Shown here one piece after another: positions 1 to 9,650 of a stretch of DNA of 64,000 nucleotides; the first letter of the stretch is position 1; every line of letters begins with the position of its first letter. A program made the position numbers and the translations under genes. The notes under the pieces were generated by a model, which made no database searches, was not told the origin of the DNA, and was given only the letters and a program-made list of their open reading frames with translations. This stretch comes from Chthonomonadales bacterium. GTDB taxonomy: Bacteria; Armatimonadota; Chthonomonadetes; Chthonomonadales; CAJBBX01. Location of the stretch: NCBI GenBank assembly GCA_049967475.1, contig JBMFSQ010000001.1:54600-118599 (forward strand), written 5' to 3'.

Positions 1-504
1 GAAGAACGTCACGTACGGCTTTTGGCGCTGAAGCTGGGGATCCAGAGACACGCGGATGGGCACGACGCCGCTCACCTGGATGCCGTTTTGCGGATAGGCG
101 ATGCGTACGGGTGCGGAGGCATCCACCGCAGGGATACGCAGAGAGCCCGCGGCGACGACTGCCTTGCCGGACGTGCCGAATGCCTTCACGAGGATGTCGT
201 GATTGCCTTCGGTGAGCTGGGCGGCATCCATCACGAAGGAAAGGACGCCGTGGGTCTGCGCCGTGTTGAGCGTGCGCTTTGCGAGGAGGGCGCCGTCCAT
301 ATAGAGCTCGACAGACTGGATCGCGCCGCCTCGAAAGCTCACATCAATGGAGAACCTGTCGGCAATTTCTGCCGGGTTCGGGGTGAGGATAGTGAGTTGA
401 GGACCTTGGAGAGATCGGAATGGGGCGGCCCTCGCGTCGCTCGGACTTCCGGCTACCACGCCTACGGCGCCGGCAAGCACGAAAGCGCAAGCCAACCTTT
501 TCAT
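1..504 (-). CDS. Secreted hypothetical protein with Ig-like beta-sandwich repeats; runs off the window start
   Basis: My translation of the minus strand from ATG 504 with a GGGAGG RBS: MKRLACAFVLAGAVGVVAGSPSDARAA (signal peptide), then beta-rich ...VELYMDGALLA...LTEGNHDILVKAF...IAYPQNGIQVSGVVPIRV. Open to the window edge, so absent from the ORF track. Confidence 0.7.
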   Translation of the reverse strand, partial: MKRLACAFVLAGAVGVVAGSPSDARAAPFRSLQGPQLTILTPNPAEIADRFSIDVSFRGGAIQSVELYMDGALLAKRTLNTAQTHGVLSFVMDAAQLTEGNHDILVKAFGTSGKAVVAAGSLRIPAVDASAPVRIAYPQNGIQVSGVVPIRVSLDPQLQRQKPYVTFF

Positions 505-747
505 GAACGCCTCCCTTGCCGGAGCGCTCTCGAACGCTCCGTTCTTGTTTGGATTGTTGCGATGGCCTATCGCGACACTAATCCACCGCGAGGTGCAGGG
601 ATAGAGCGCCCTACTTTAGCACACTCGGCCGGTTCTGTCAACATGGAGTTAACGTTCTGATTGTGCGCCGCGAGGCGCGTACGATACGCAGGGATCGCGC
701 ATCGGCGCGTCGAATTGGCCTCGGATACTTGCCGCACGGAGATGGAA

Positions 748-1485
748 ATGAACGTTGTCATGCTGGTGTGCGTTGCGGCGCCCATTGCGCTCAGTGCCGG
801 AGGATACGCCCAAAAGCCCGGCACGCAAACACCCCGTACGTTCCGGAAGCGCGTGGTCACAACATACACCGGACAATACCTGTTATACCTTCCGTTGGAA
901 TATGATAAGGACCGGTCACGCCGTTGGCCCCTCATGATCTTCCTCCACGGAGCCGGCGAACGGGGCACCGATCTGGAAAAGGTAAAGACCCATGGCCCGC
1001 CTAAGCTCGTAGCCCAAGGCAAAGAGTTTCCCTTCATTCTCGTATCCCCGCAATGCCCTGAAGGTCAGTGGTGGGACACCGGAATGCTGAACGCCCTGTT
1101 GGACACTCTGCTGGCCAAGTATCGCGTGGATCCCGATCGCGTTTATCTCACCGGTTTGAGCATGGGAGGCTTTGCTACTTGGGCGTGGGCCGAGGCCCAC
1201 CCGGAGCGATTTGCCGCAATCGCTCCAATTTGCGGGGGTGGAGATCCATTCTTGGCATGGCGTCTCAAATCCGTTCCCGTTTGGGCCTTCCACGGTGCCA
1301 AGGACCCAGTGGTTCCGGTGAAGATGACCACCGACATGGTGGATGCCCTCAAATCTGTGGGTGGCGATGTGCGGCTGACAATCTACCCTGAAGCGGGCCA
1401 CGATGCGTGGACGGACACGTATAACAACCAGGAACTGTACGATTGGTTCTTGCAGCACCAGAGGCGCGCTTCGGGCGGGAAGTGA
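748..1485 (+). CDS. Secreted alpha/beta hydrolase (predicted peptidase/phospholipase-carboxylesterase)
   Basis: FLHGAGERG, nucleophile motif GLSMGG, FHGAKDPVV, YPEAGHDAW; signal-peptide-like N-terminus. Start 742 or 748. Confidence 0.85.
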   Translation: MNVVMLVCVAAPIALSAGGYAQKPGTQTPRTFRKRVVTTYTGQYLLYLPLEYDKDRSRRWPLMIFLHGAGERGTDLEKVKTHGPPKLVAQGKEFPFILVSPQCPEGQWWDTGMLNALLDTLLAKYRVDPDRVYLTGLSMGGFATWAWAEAHPERFAAIAPICGGGDPFLAWRLKSVPVWAFHGAKDPVVPVKMTTDMVDALKSVGGDVRLTIYPEAGHDAWTDTYNNQELYDWFLQHQRRASGGK

Positions 1486-1524
1486 CCTTCGGCAACGTGA
1501 AGCATCGCCGGATCGGAGGAGATC

Positions 1525-2607
1525 ATGTGGGCACTCTTTGCTGCGTGCAGTCTGGCAATGGCAGGCCCGCCCAGGGCAGGTGTGCCTGCCCTCATCGAAT
1601 TCGGCTGGGATGAGCCCAGTACCCGCTACTTGCGGGACCATATCGCCGAGATGGAGCGCATGCCGTTCGACGGCGTGGTGTTGAATGCACATTATCGGGA
1701 CGCACAAGGGAGGGACGCGGTACTCGAGTGGACGGGCTTTGGGCGGGAGGTGATCTCGTGGGAGGCGTTGCAGTCGGCCCTCGCAGATCTGAAGGCTACG
1801 CGCTTCCATCGGTTCACGCAGAATTTCCTCCGCTTCAATACTACTCCCGGTGACGTGGACTGGTTCGACGATTTCAGCGCGATCCTCCACAACGCCCGCA
1901 TGGCCGCCCGCCTTGCTCGGCAGGGGCGCCTCAAAGGCCTCCTCTTCGACATTGAACAGTACAACTTCCCCCTCTTCACCTTCGAAAAGCGGAAATATGC
2001 CGAGCGCACATTTTCAGAATATGAGCAGCAGGTACGGCGCCGTGGTGAAGAAGTCATGCAGGCGTTCCAGCAAGAGTACCCCGGCCTCACGGTATTTATG
2101 ACCTTCGGTTACGCTCTCGCCGGCCGAACCAGGGAGGATTTCGCCAGGACGTCCTACGGGCTGCTGGGCCCCTTCCTTGACGGCCTCTACGCGGCGGCAC
2201 GCGGCAGAACGGTGATCGTGGATGGGTGGGAGATGAGTTATCCGTACCATACTGCGGACCAATTCGAGGCCGCTTACCGGCGCATGCATGAGGAAGGGGC
2301 TTCTCTCAGTGCGGTTCCACACCAGTACCGTCGCCATCTGAGCGCGGGTTTTGGGATCTGGATGGATCTGGATTGGCGCAACCGGGGCTGGAACGCCGAG
2401 GACCCCAGCAAGAACCCCAGAACTCCGCAGGATCTGGAGGCGGTGCTCTATGCCGCCCTGCATCGGTGTGATCATTACGTATGGCTCTATTGCGAGCAGC
2501 CGCGATGGTTTCCGCCTCAGAAACTACCCGACGCCTATATAAAGGCGGTTCGCGCCGCCAGAACGGCATCGGGAATGAAAAACCCCAAGGACGTTGCTGC
2601 ACCATGA
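1525..2607 (+). CDS. Secreted hypothetical protein, possibly glycoside-hydrolase-like TIM barrel
   Basis: 360-aa ORF with RBS and signal peptide; MPFDGVV and LLFDIEQY motifs. Confidence 0.6.
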   Translation: MWALFAACSLAMAGPPRAGVPALIEFGWDEPSTRYLRDHIAEMERMPFDGVVLNAHYRDAQGRDAVLEWTGFGREVISWEALQSALADLKATRFHRFTQNFLRFNTTPGDVDWFDDFSAILHNARMAARLARQGRLKGLLFDIEQYNFPLFTFEKRKYAERTFSEYEQQVRRRGEEVMQAFQQEYPGLTVFMTFGYALAGRTREDFARTSYGLLGPFLDGLYAAARGRTVIVDGWEMSYPYHTADQFEAAYRRMHEEGASLSAVPHQYRRHLSAGFGIWMDLDWRNRGWNAEDPSKNPRTPQDLEAVLYAALHRCDHYVWLYCEQPRWFPPQKLPDAYIKAVRAARTASGMKNPKDVAAP

Positions 2608-2632
2608 CGGTGCTGGAGAGGGTGCAATTCGA

Positions 2633-2971
2633 ATGAAAGTCGAGCCAGGGTTGGAGTGGGAGGACATATCCGAGGGCGAGGGGCCAGGGATCGAGCCTGG
2701 GCAGACGGCCATAGTCCACTATGAAGGGCGTTTCCCCGATGGGCGCGTGTTCGACAGCTCGCGTCGGAGGGGGCGGCCGTTCCGGTTTGTGCTGGGAGCG
2801 GGGCAGGTGATCAAGGGGTGGGATCTGGGTATCGCCGGGATGAAGGCAGGTGGAAGCCGGCGCCTCACCCTTTCTCCGGAATTCGCCTATGGCGCCCATG
2901 GGGCGGGCGGAGTGATCCCTCCAAACGCTACTCTCATCTTCGACGTGGATCTCCAAGAGATTGGCGGCTAG
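2633..2971 (+). CDS. FKBP-type peptidyl-prolyl cis-trans isomerase
   Basis: VHYEGRFPDGRVFDSS, GAGQVIKGWDLGI, AYGAHGAGGVIPPNATLIFDVDL. Confidence 0.95.
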   Translation: MKVEPGLEWEDISEGEGPGIEPGQTAIVHYEGRFPDGRVFDSSRRRGRPFRFVLGAGQVIKGWDLGIAGMKAGGSRRLTLSPEFAYGAHGAGGVIPPNATLIFDVDLQEIGG

Positions 2972-2987
2972 CCTGGTTCCACAAGGC

Positions 2988-5018
2988 GTGAAGCGCGCGT
3001 ATGTGTTGCTTTGCGCGGCAACGGTGACGCTGATGCCGGGTTCCGGCGGAAGTCTTCGCACCATGCTTCCGGATGAAGACACAACCCGGGTCCACCCCAA
3101 TTGGGCGGCTAGGCACCTACAGCCCATTCCGCCGGGCGTGTTCGGGGATTTTCTCGAACACCTCGGAGATGCCGTCTACCATACGCTCTGGGCGGATGGG
3201 GTATACAACCCGGCATTTTGGCATGCCGGCGGGGCGCCCCCGGATCGGTGGACTTTGCAGTGTGGCGCCGAGGTGTCTCGGGCCGGCGAAGGCATTGAGA
3301 TGCCGTCCGAAGCTGCCGTAAGCCAAACCCTGTTCCTTCCGGTGCATCGTCGGCTCAAGTACCACGGCGAGCTTTGGGCCTCTTCCCCATCCGGGTCCCC
3401 GAAGGCTATGGTACGGCTGACCCAGGAAGGTAAGGTTGCTGCGCAGTGTATGGTGCCGATAGGCAGAGGCATTTCGGCCCGCGGGTTCCCCTTCATCTTG
3501 GGTGTTGCGCCAAGCGCCGCCAGGCCGGGCAAGGCGTACGAGCTCACTATCGAGGTTCTCGGCGGAACCTGCACCCTGTTTCGTGTGGAGCTGTTTCCGG
3601 ATGACGCTGTGGCGGGGATGGATCCGGAGGTCGTGCAGGCAGCCAAAGCGCTCCATATCACGCTGCTGAGGTGGCCGGGGGGCAACTTCAGCAGCGGCTA
3701 TCATTGGCGGCAAGGCGTGGGGCCCCGATTTCTGCGGCCCACGGTGCGCAATCCGGCGTGGCCCGGTTTGGAGACACACGCCTTTGGGACCGATGAATTC
3801 CTGCGCTTTTGCCGCATCATTGGCGCCCAGCCGATGATCTGCGTCAATGCCGGCGACGGCACGCCCGAGGAGGCTGCCGATTGGGTTGAGTACTGCAACG
3901 GCAGTCCGGACACGCCGATGGGGCGCCTGCGCGCCAGAAACGGCCATCCGGCCCCCTACGGCGTGCGCCTTTGGGAGGTTGGGAACGAGCTTTACGGTCC
4001 GTGGCAGATAGGGCATACGGACGCAGAGGGCAACGGGCGGCGCTTTGTGGCCTTCAGGCAAGCGATGCTGGCCCGAGACCACGCCATAAAAGTCATTGCC
4101 ACCGGCAAGGGAGACGGCTTCGTGGGTAACGCCCTCCATGCCGATGACGCATGGAACGCAACGTTGCTGCATGCCGCTGTGGCCAACGGCGGCCCCCCGG
4201 ATCTGGTATCCATCCATCCGCTGGTGCCGCTTCCGGGGGACCTTGCATCCAACGGCGCAGATTATGATGCGGTTTATCTCGCCGCCATGGCCCATCCGGG
4301 CTGGTTCGGCCGATCATTCGTGCCTCATCTGATGGAGCAGATGCAGAGGAATGCCGGCGGATCGCGCCTACCCCGGTTGGCCGTGACGGAGTGGGGGATC
4401 ATCCTAGGTGGTCCCGATTGGCGCAACTTTCCCAACCATGATGCTCAGTCGGGCGCAGTCTACGCAGGTCTCTTCCTGAACCAACTCATGCGGTGTGGAG
4501 GATCTGTGGACGTTGCCAACGTTACGGGCCTGCTCCACGGGGGCGGCATCAAGAAGGCGCGGGGCAAACTCTATGTGGATCCGATGTACTTCGTGCAGCG
4601 GATGTACGGCGAGGCCAGGCCCCAGGAATTGATCCCATCCGAGAGTGATGGGCCGGGTTACAGCACAGCGCCGCGAGGTTTTCTCCCAGGGGTTGCGTTC
4701 ACGCCGTGGGTGGATGTATGCGCTGCCGTAGGGGACGGCAATCTGTACCTCTTCATGGTGAATGTAGACCCGCGGCGTTCTCGTCGGGTGGAGGTTAAGC
4801 TTCCCCGCGGCATTCGTAAAGTGCGGCTCGAGGTGCTGGCGGCAGATCCGCGGGCCCACAACAGCGGCGCCGATGCCAACGCTGTTCAGCCGTCTCGGCG
4901 CGAACTTACAGTAGAGGGTGGTATCTTCACCTGCGTTCTGGATGCGTGCTCCGTCAGCGTTGCCCGGGCTCGGTGGCGACACGATGCGGGGCGGCAGGCA
5001 GGGGTAGGAAGCCCGTGA
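2988..5018 (+). CDS. Alpha-L-arabinofuranosidase, GH51
   Basis: FLEHLG, LRWPGGNFS, FGTDEF, WVEYCNG, WEVGNE (acid/base), VTEW (nucleophile). Start uncertain (2961 or 2988). Confidence 0.9.
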   Translation: MKRAYVLLCAATVTLMPGSGGSLRTMLPDEDTTRVHPNWAARHLQPIPPGVFGDFLEHLGDAVYHTLWADGVYNPAFWHAGGAPPDRWTLQCGAEVSRAGEGIEMPSEAAVSQTLFLPVHRRLKYHGELWASSPSGSPKAMVRLTQEGKVAAQCMVPIGRGISARGFPFILGVAPSAARPGKAYELTIEVLGGTCTLFRVELFPDDAVAGMDPEVVQAAKALHITLLRWPGGNFSSGYHWRQGVGPRFLRPTVRNPAWPGLETHAFGTDEFLRFCRIIGAQPMICVNAGDGTPEEAADWVEYCNGSPDTPMGRLRARNGHPAPYGVRLWEVGNELYGPWQIGHTDAEGNGRRFVAFRQAMLARDHAIKVIATGKGDGFVGNALHADDAWNATLLHAAVANGGPPDLVSIHPLVPLPGDLASNGADYDAVYLAAMAHPGWFGRSFVPHLMEQMQRNAGGSRLPRLAVTEWGIILGGPDWRNFPNHDAQSGAVYAGLFLNQLMRCGGSVDVANVTGLLHGGGIKKARGKLYVDPMYFVQRMYGEARPQELIPSESDGPGYSTAPRGFLPGVAFTPWVDVCAAVGDGNLYLFMVNVDPRRSRRVEVKLPRGIRKVRLEVLAADPRAHNSGADANAVQPSRRELTVEGGIFTCVLDACSVSVARARWRHDAGRQAGVGSP

Positions 5019-5028
5019 TTACCCGCGC

Positions 5029-5057
5029 TTGCAGCGCCGAAGGCCATATGTTAGAAT
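5029..5057 (+). promoter_or_regulatory. Sigma70-type promoter, probably giving a leaderless mRNA
   Basis: TTGCAG-N17-TAGAAT with extended -10 TG; the GTG start at 5064 lies 7 nt downstream with no RBS. Confidence 0.55.
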
Positions 5058-5063
5058 GATCGT

Positions 5064-6101
5064 GTGACGCGCATCCGCTTTAGCTTGCCGGCGTTGGTGT
5101 TCGCCGCCGCGTGCGGTACCTGCTGGGCGCAGCAGCCCTCGGGACCTGCACCGTCGTCTGCCCCAACGTGGGACGTGGGGCGGATTGCTCCTGAGACGCT
5201 GCTTCCCGCCACGATCCCCTTCACCTTCTCCGACGGTCTCATCATCGTAAAGGCGGCTTTAGGCGACGGCACGGAACAGAGAGCAGCCGTTGCCACGGCG
5301 CTGCCCCTGTGCATCGTTCAGCCCGAACTAGCCCAGACGCAATCGCTCAAAGTATTCGGGTCGCGCGATGTACCCACGCTCTACGGTCCTTTGGCTGTGC
5401 AGGACGCAGGCAAGCAAAGGCTGACCCTGTTCCAAGTAGTCGCGAACGATGTGCCATGCGGGGTATGTGACCTTTATGCCGGCCTATCGTCTAAGAAGTC
5501 AGTCGGCAAACCCATGATCTGGCTCGGATACTCTTTCTGGGGCGCAGCTCAGATCACTATAGACCCTGCGCAGCATCAGTTGACGTTTCGCAAGGCCGGC
5601 ACGCCGCTTCCGAAAAAGGCATTTATCATTCCCTTTGATCTGAACGACGGACGTATCGAGGTGCAGGTGAAGGCGAATGGGCGCAAACCCATCGCTGCTC
5701 TCGTGGACACCACGGCTGTGGGAACACTCCTGCCGGCAGCGGAGGGGCGCGCCCTCAGGCTCCCCAGCGTAGCGGTCTATACGGCATCCCATCCCAACGG
5801 TAAGAAGGGCAAAGTAACCGCCATAGATCTTAAGGAATTGAGTATCGGGAGCGCCAAAGTGAACCAGGTGCCTGCCTTGTTCGTCTCAGAGGGAGACGCC
5901 GATGGCCTGGACGTGGGCCCGGCGATCGTAGGCACCGATGTGCTTTTGCGCTTCCGCGTGACGATAGACTATTCGATGAAAAAGATGGCGCTGGAGGCGA
6001 TCCAACGTCCCCAGGAAAGCGTCGTAACTTCAGGTGAGCCTCCAACCCGCCCGCGCCCCGGTGTTGTAGAACCGCGGTTTATTCCGAGACCGCGCCCGTA
6101 G
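5064..6101 (+). CDS. Secreted twin retropepsin-like (aspartyl protease fold) protein with degenerate catalytic motifs
   Basis: Two repeats beginning IPFTFSDGLIIVKA and IPFDLNDGRIEVQVKANG; motifs AVATA and LVDTT; IVGTDVLLRFRVTIDY tail. Confidence 0.75.
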   Translation: MTRIRFSLPALVFAAACGTCWAQQPSGPAPSSAPTWDVGRIAPETLLPATIPFTFSDGLIIVKAALGDGTEQRAAVATALPLCIVQPELAQTQSLKVFGSRDVPTLYGPLAVQDAGKQRLTLFQVVANDVPCGVCDLYAGLSSKKSVGKPMIWLGYSFWGAAQITIDPAQHQLTFRKAGTPLPKKAFIIPFDLNDGRIEVQVKANGRKPIAALVDTTAVGTLLPAAEGRALRLPSVAVYTASHPNGKKGKVTAIDLKELSIGSAKVNQVPALFVSEGDADGLDVGPAIVGTDVLLRFRVTIDYSMKKMALEAIQRPQESVVTSGEPPTRPRPGVVEPRFIPRPRP

Positions 6102-6173
6102 GGCTCCAACATGAGCGGCTAAGGGATTGGGGGTTAAGACGAGTGTCGGTGAAGGACCGGCAGGGAGGGCGTC

Positions 6174-6839
6174 GTGAAAAGGTGCAGGGGAACGGCATTT
6201 ACGCTGATTGAGTTGCTGGTGGTAATCGCAATCATCGGAATTCTGGCATCCATGCTGATGCCGGTGTTCGCCCAAGCGCGCGAGGCTGCCCGTAAGATCG
6301 TATGCGTGTCCAACATGAGCCAGCTTGGGAAGGCGCTGCTGATGTACGCAGGCGATTACGATGAGATGTACCCGCCGCAGGATCATCTTTGGATAGACCA
6401 GCCGCCCCCATTCTGGATTGACGCCGCTTACGGCGTACCGAACTGGAAGAACGGCCCGTATGAGAACTGGGCTCAGGCAATCTACCCGTACGTTAAGGAG
6501 TTGGGCATCTATCAGTGCAAGTCCAACCGTGGATGGACTGCCAATTCAGACAGCACGCAACCCGGCCTCAGTTATGTATACAATGGCTTCTCTGCAGCGA
6601 GGAGTATGGCATCCGTTCCGGAACCCTCGCGCTTCGTGCAGTTGTGGGACTACCGGTACCTTACGTCCTATGCTGTAGTAGATCCGGCGCCTACGGCGTG
6701 GGCATGGTATCCAGGCTGGGCGCCTCATGCGGATCAATACAATGTGCTCTATTTCGACGGTCACGTGAAAAACCGGCCGGAGATGCAGTTCAAGGCCGAC
6801 ATTTGGAACCTTCCGGACGGAAACCCGTTCAGCTTCTAA
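6174..6839 (+). CDS. Prepilin-type N-terminal cleavage/methylation protein (DUF1559-like, H-X9-DG motif)
   Basis: [33 protein letters not shown]...CVSN; C-terminal [15 protein letters not shown]. Confidence 0.92.
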   Translation: MKRCRGTAFTLIELLVVIAIIGILASMLMPVFAQAREAARKIVCVSNMSQLGKALLMYAGDYDEMYPPQDHLWIDQPPPFWIDAAYGVPNWKNGPYENWAQAIYPYVKELGIYQCKSNRGWTANSDSTQPGLSYVYNGFSAARSMASVPEPSRFVQLWDYRYLTSYAVVDPAPTAWAWYPGWAPHADQYNVLYFDGHVKNRPEMQFKADIWNLPDGNPFSF

Positions 6840-6967
6840 GAGTGTTGTCTCACGTTGGATCCACGAAGATGAAACAGGTGACCCATCACAGCATCCTTCA
6901 CGAAGGCGCCCAGGAGGTAGGCGCCAAGCTTCGCGCCGACATCTCGCGCTGGACACGCGTCCGGCGA

Positions 6968-7522
6968 ATGGTGAGCATTAAGCCTACAGTTTCTTGCCTG
7001 GCATGTGACGGCAACGGCAAGGTGGTGTGCGCGGTTTGCGGGGGCACCGGCAAGAGCAAGGTCATTCTGAATGAGGTTCAGGAAGACTGCCCGCATTGTA
7101 ACGGTACCGGGCAAATCACGTGCGTAGAATGTGCAGGAGTCGGCCAGGTGCCCAATGTATACCGCAAGCCGATCCTGTGGACGCTGGGTCTTGGCGCCCT
7201 CGGCTGGCTCATCGTACTCTGGGTACTGCTGGGCAGAGATGTGATGCCGGAAGAGAGGGCGCACCTGGCCGGGGGTGGCGGCGGAGGTGTGATTACCGGT
7301 CGAGCGCCAAGTTCATCCGGGTTGCCGGTAGTTCCCAGGTTTACGGCGCCGGTTCAGGGCGCCACGCCGAGATCTCCCGCGCCTGTGCTTCCGGGAGCCA
7401 TTGCGAGGCCCGGTAGTCGGCCTGCGGGATCCACGGTGTTCCCCGGAGGAGGTGGCGGAGGCATGGTGTCGCCGGGAGGCACCGGAGCGCCGCCCGTTCA
7501 GCCTCCCATTCAGCCGCGTTGA
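6968..7522 (+). CDS. Membrane protein with DnaJ-type zinc finger and Pro/Gly-rich tail
   Basis: Four CxxCxGxG repeats, one TM helix, low-complexity tail. Start 6869 or 6968. Confidence 0.7.
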   Translation: MVSIKPTVSCLACDGNGKVVCAVCGGTGKSKVILNEVQEDCPHCNGTGQITCVECAGVGQVPNVYRKPILWTLGLGALGWLIVLWVLLGRDVMPEERAHLAGGGGGGVITGRAPSSSGLPVVPRFTAPVQGATPRSPAPVLPGAIARPGSRPAGSTVFPGGGGGGMVSPGGTGAPPVQPPIQPR

Positions 7523-7539
7523 GGCCGGCACATCTCGGC

Positions 7540-7724
7540 GGGGAGGCGGACTGGAGCCCAACCTCGCCCATACCCAAGGGAGGTTCGACGTTCCGTCGCA
7601 CCACGGGAATGCAGGCCGCAGATCAAGAATGGGCCTGCAGGTTGCTGCGGAGCCGCGGGCAGAAGGTCCGAGCGCTCTAGGGACTGGCCCCTCTGGGAAG
7701 CCGGCGCGGTTGGGCAGGCACCCC
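7540..7724 (-). ncRNA. Candidate structured RNA (6S-like long hairpin)
   Basis: 185-nt intergenic segment whose ends pair (GCCCAACC..CGCC with GGCG..GGTTGGGC; CCCAAGGG with CCCT..TGGG), with internal bubbles and an apical TGCAGGCC/GGCCTGCA hairpin. A G-U pair favours the minus strand. Confidence 0.35.
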
Positions 7725-7738
7725 TAAGCGTAATCTGA

Positions 7739-7776
7739 TGGGGGCGATCCAAATAAGGGTCCTAGGATCACCCCCA
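7739..7776 (-). terminator. Stem-loop downstream of the thioredoxin/TPR gene
   Basis: Minus strand TGGGGGTGATCC...GGATCGCCCCCA 12-bp stem just after the stop codon at 7784; U tract weak. Confidence 0.5.
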
Positions 7777-7783
7777 AACAGCG

Positions 7784-8650
7784 CTATTGCTTGGCTCGTT
7801 GCTGGTTCTGAGCTTTGCGTACAGCCGCCAGGATCTGCCGGGCCTGATCGTGAAGATCTTTCGGGCCGTCCTTTACCGCAATGGTTGCCTCGAGCTCGGG
7901 TACTGCTGCAGAGAGGTTCCGCTCGCTCAGGTAGCAGACGGCGATGCTGATGTGGGCGTAGGCTGCATCGTAGGGTTTCTTGGCGTGGGCCGCAGCCTGC
8001 TTGAAGAGGGCGATGGCGCGCGGAAACTGCTGCCGATCCTGATAGAGATCGCCTACTTTGTTGAAGGCGGGTGCCAACAGCCCCGTGGTGTTGTCGGGAT
8101 CGGCCTTTTCCAGGGCTGCCAGGGTTGCTTCCGCATGTGCCGGGTCATCCTTGCTTGCATAGATTGAGGTAAGCTTGGCAGCCACGGCGGCATCCCGGGG
8201 GTTCTGTTTGAACTTGGCGGCGAGCACCGGCAATTCACGATGCGCTTCATCAATCTCGGTCAATTTCTCCGCGAATTGCTGGGGTGGAAGGTACCCGCCG
8301 ATCTTCGCTGCCACAGAGCCGTTCCCCTCGAGGAACATGATGGTGGGGTAACCCTGCACGCCGTACTTGCGCGCGACGGCCACTCCCTCCTTCTCGGCGT
8401 TCACCTTAACGGGCACAAATCGGGTTGAGAGGCGGACCACATTCGCGTCGGTGTAGGTGTCGGCGTCCAGCTTTTTGCACCAGCCGCACCAATCTGTGTA
8501 AAAATCCACCATCACGAGTTTGTTGGTGCTGCGCGCAGTGCGCATGGCCGCCTCAAACGACGGGGCCCATTTGATCCCGTCGGCCCAAGAGGCGTGGGCT
8601 GAAGCAGCCAGGATCACCGCCAGCATCATCGGCTGAACGGTTCTTTTCAT
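7784..8650 (-). CDS. Exported thioredoxin-fold protein with C-terminal TPR repeats
   Basis: Signal peptide, VDFYTDWCGWCKKL, GVQGYPT cis-Pro motif, helical repeats; AAAGGAG RBS. Confidence 0.88.
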   Translation of the reverse strand: MKRTVQPMMLAVILAASAHASWADGIKWAPSFEAAMRTARSTNKLVMVDFYTDWCGWCKKLDADTYTDANVVRLSTRFVPVKVNAEKEGVAVARKYGVQGYPTIMFLEGNGSVAAKIGGYLPPQQFAEKLTEIDEAHRELPVLAAKFKQNPRDAAVAAKLTSIYASKDDPAHAEATLAALEKADPDNTTGLLAPAFNKVGDLYQDRQQFPRAIALFKQAAAHAKKPYDAAYAHISIAVCYLSERNLSAAVPELEATIAVKDGPKDLHDQARQILAAVRKAQNQQRAKQ

Positions 8651-8681
8651 CAAGTTGGCTCCTTTATCACAAGTTGGGTTT

Positions 8682-8710
8682 ATTCTAACCTCAGTGCGGC
8701 ACGTTGTCAA
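8682..8710 (-). promoter_or_regulatory. Near-consensus sigma70 promoter for the thioredoxin/TPR gene
   Basis: Minus strand TTGACA-N17-TAGAAT. Confidence 0.7.
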
Positions 8711-8726
8711 TGCATCCCGAGGGATA

Positions 8727-9650
8727 TTACGGTGTTCCTGATGCGGTTCCGGCTGGTGCGCCTATGGCCGTCGAAGTGCTGACGCGCCACTGTTTGCCGT
8801 TCGATATAGCGCGGATGGCTCCCTGATAATCGGTTCGGTATACGGCGATGCGGCGCGCTTGCAGGCGCGTGAGCACTTCCGGGTGCGGATGCCCAAAGCT
8901 GTTGTGGAGCCCGGCCGACACGATTGCGATGCGGGGACGCACTGCGTCAAGGAAGGCGTCTGAACTCGAGGATTTGCTTCCATGATGCCCGAGCTTGAGA
9001 ACCTCTGCGCGCAATGGAACGCCGGAAGCGAGCATGTCGCGCTCGGCCGGCAGGTCCGCATCGCCGGTAAGCAAACACGCGGTCGCTCCGTATTGAACGC
9101 GCATCACGATGCTGAGGCTGTTGTCGCGAAGCTCGCCGTGCTTGGAAGGATCCGCCGGCGGGTTCAAAACTTGGGCTGTTACCCCGTCATGAAATCGGAT
9201 TATGTTGCCTCGTACTACCTGTAGGATAGGGATGCCGCGGCGCCGGGCGGTTCTGATTGCGCGAAGATAATGCCATGCAGCGCTGCGGATCGGCGACACG
9301 ATGAGGCGGTCCACCGGGATGCGATCCAGGATGGACACCGCGCCGCCTACGTGGTCATCGTCTGGGTGTGTGAGGAGCAGAGCATTCACGCGGCGGATGC
9401 CTTGCGAGCGCAGATAGGGAAGCACCACACGACGCCCTTCATCATCGGATCCTAGGGTTCTGCCGGCATCCACGATGAGCACGTGGCCCGCAGGAGTGCG
9501 CAGCACGATGGCGTCACCCTGGCCTACATCCAGCACGGTGACGCTGAAGACGCCGGTTTGGCGTGGGAGGGGTGTGAGCCATACAGCGGCGACGGCTGCG
9601 GCAATCGTTAGGAGGATCGCATTGGGAGCGTTGCGCCTCAGCATAGTCAT
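8727..9650 (-). CDS. ComEC-type metallo-beta-lactamase domain protein (stand-alone)
   Basis: LDVGQGDA, THPDDDHVGG, LLTGD, LKLGHHGS, FGHPHPEVL, RTDYQGAI; ATG overlaps the upstream stop (ATGA at 9647-9650). Confidence 0.9.
   Translation of the reverse strand: MTMLRRNAPNAILLTIAAAVAAVWLTPLPRQTGVFSVTVLDVGQGDAIVLRTPAGHVLIVDAGRTLGSDDEGRRVVLPYLRSQGIRRVNALLLTHPDDDHVGGAVSILDRIPVDRLIVSPIRSAAWHYLRAIRTARRRGIPILQVVRGNIIRFHDGVTAQVLNPPADPSKHGELRDNSLSIVMRVQYGATACLLTGDADLPAERDMLASGVPLRAEVLKLGHHGSKSSSSDAFLDAVRPRIAIVSAGLHNSFGHPHPEVLTRLQARRIAVYRTDYQGAIRAISNGKQWRVSTSTAIGAPAGTASGTP

Noticed and set aside
22..660. 212-aa plus-strand ORF at the window start
   Set aside because: The minus-strand frame from 504 has an RBS, signal peptide and protein-like composition; this ORF is its shadow.
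7555..7715. GCCCAAC...GTTGGGC as an attC site
   Set aside because: About 160 bp, lacks recognisable L boxes and is not in cassette context; kept only as a structured-RNA candidate.
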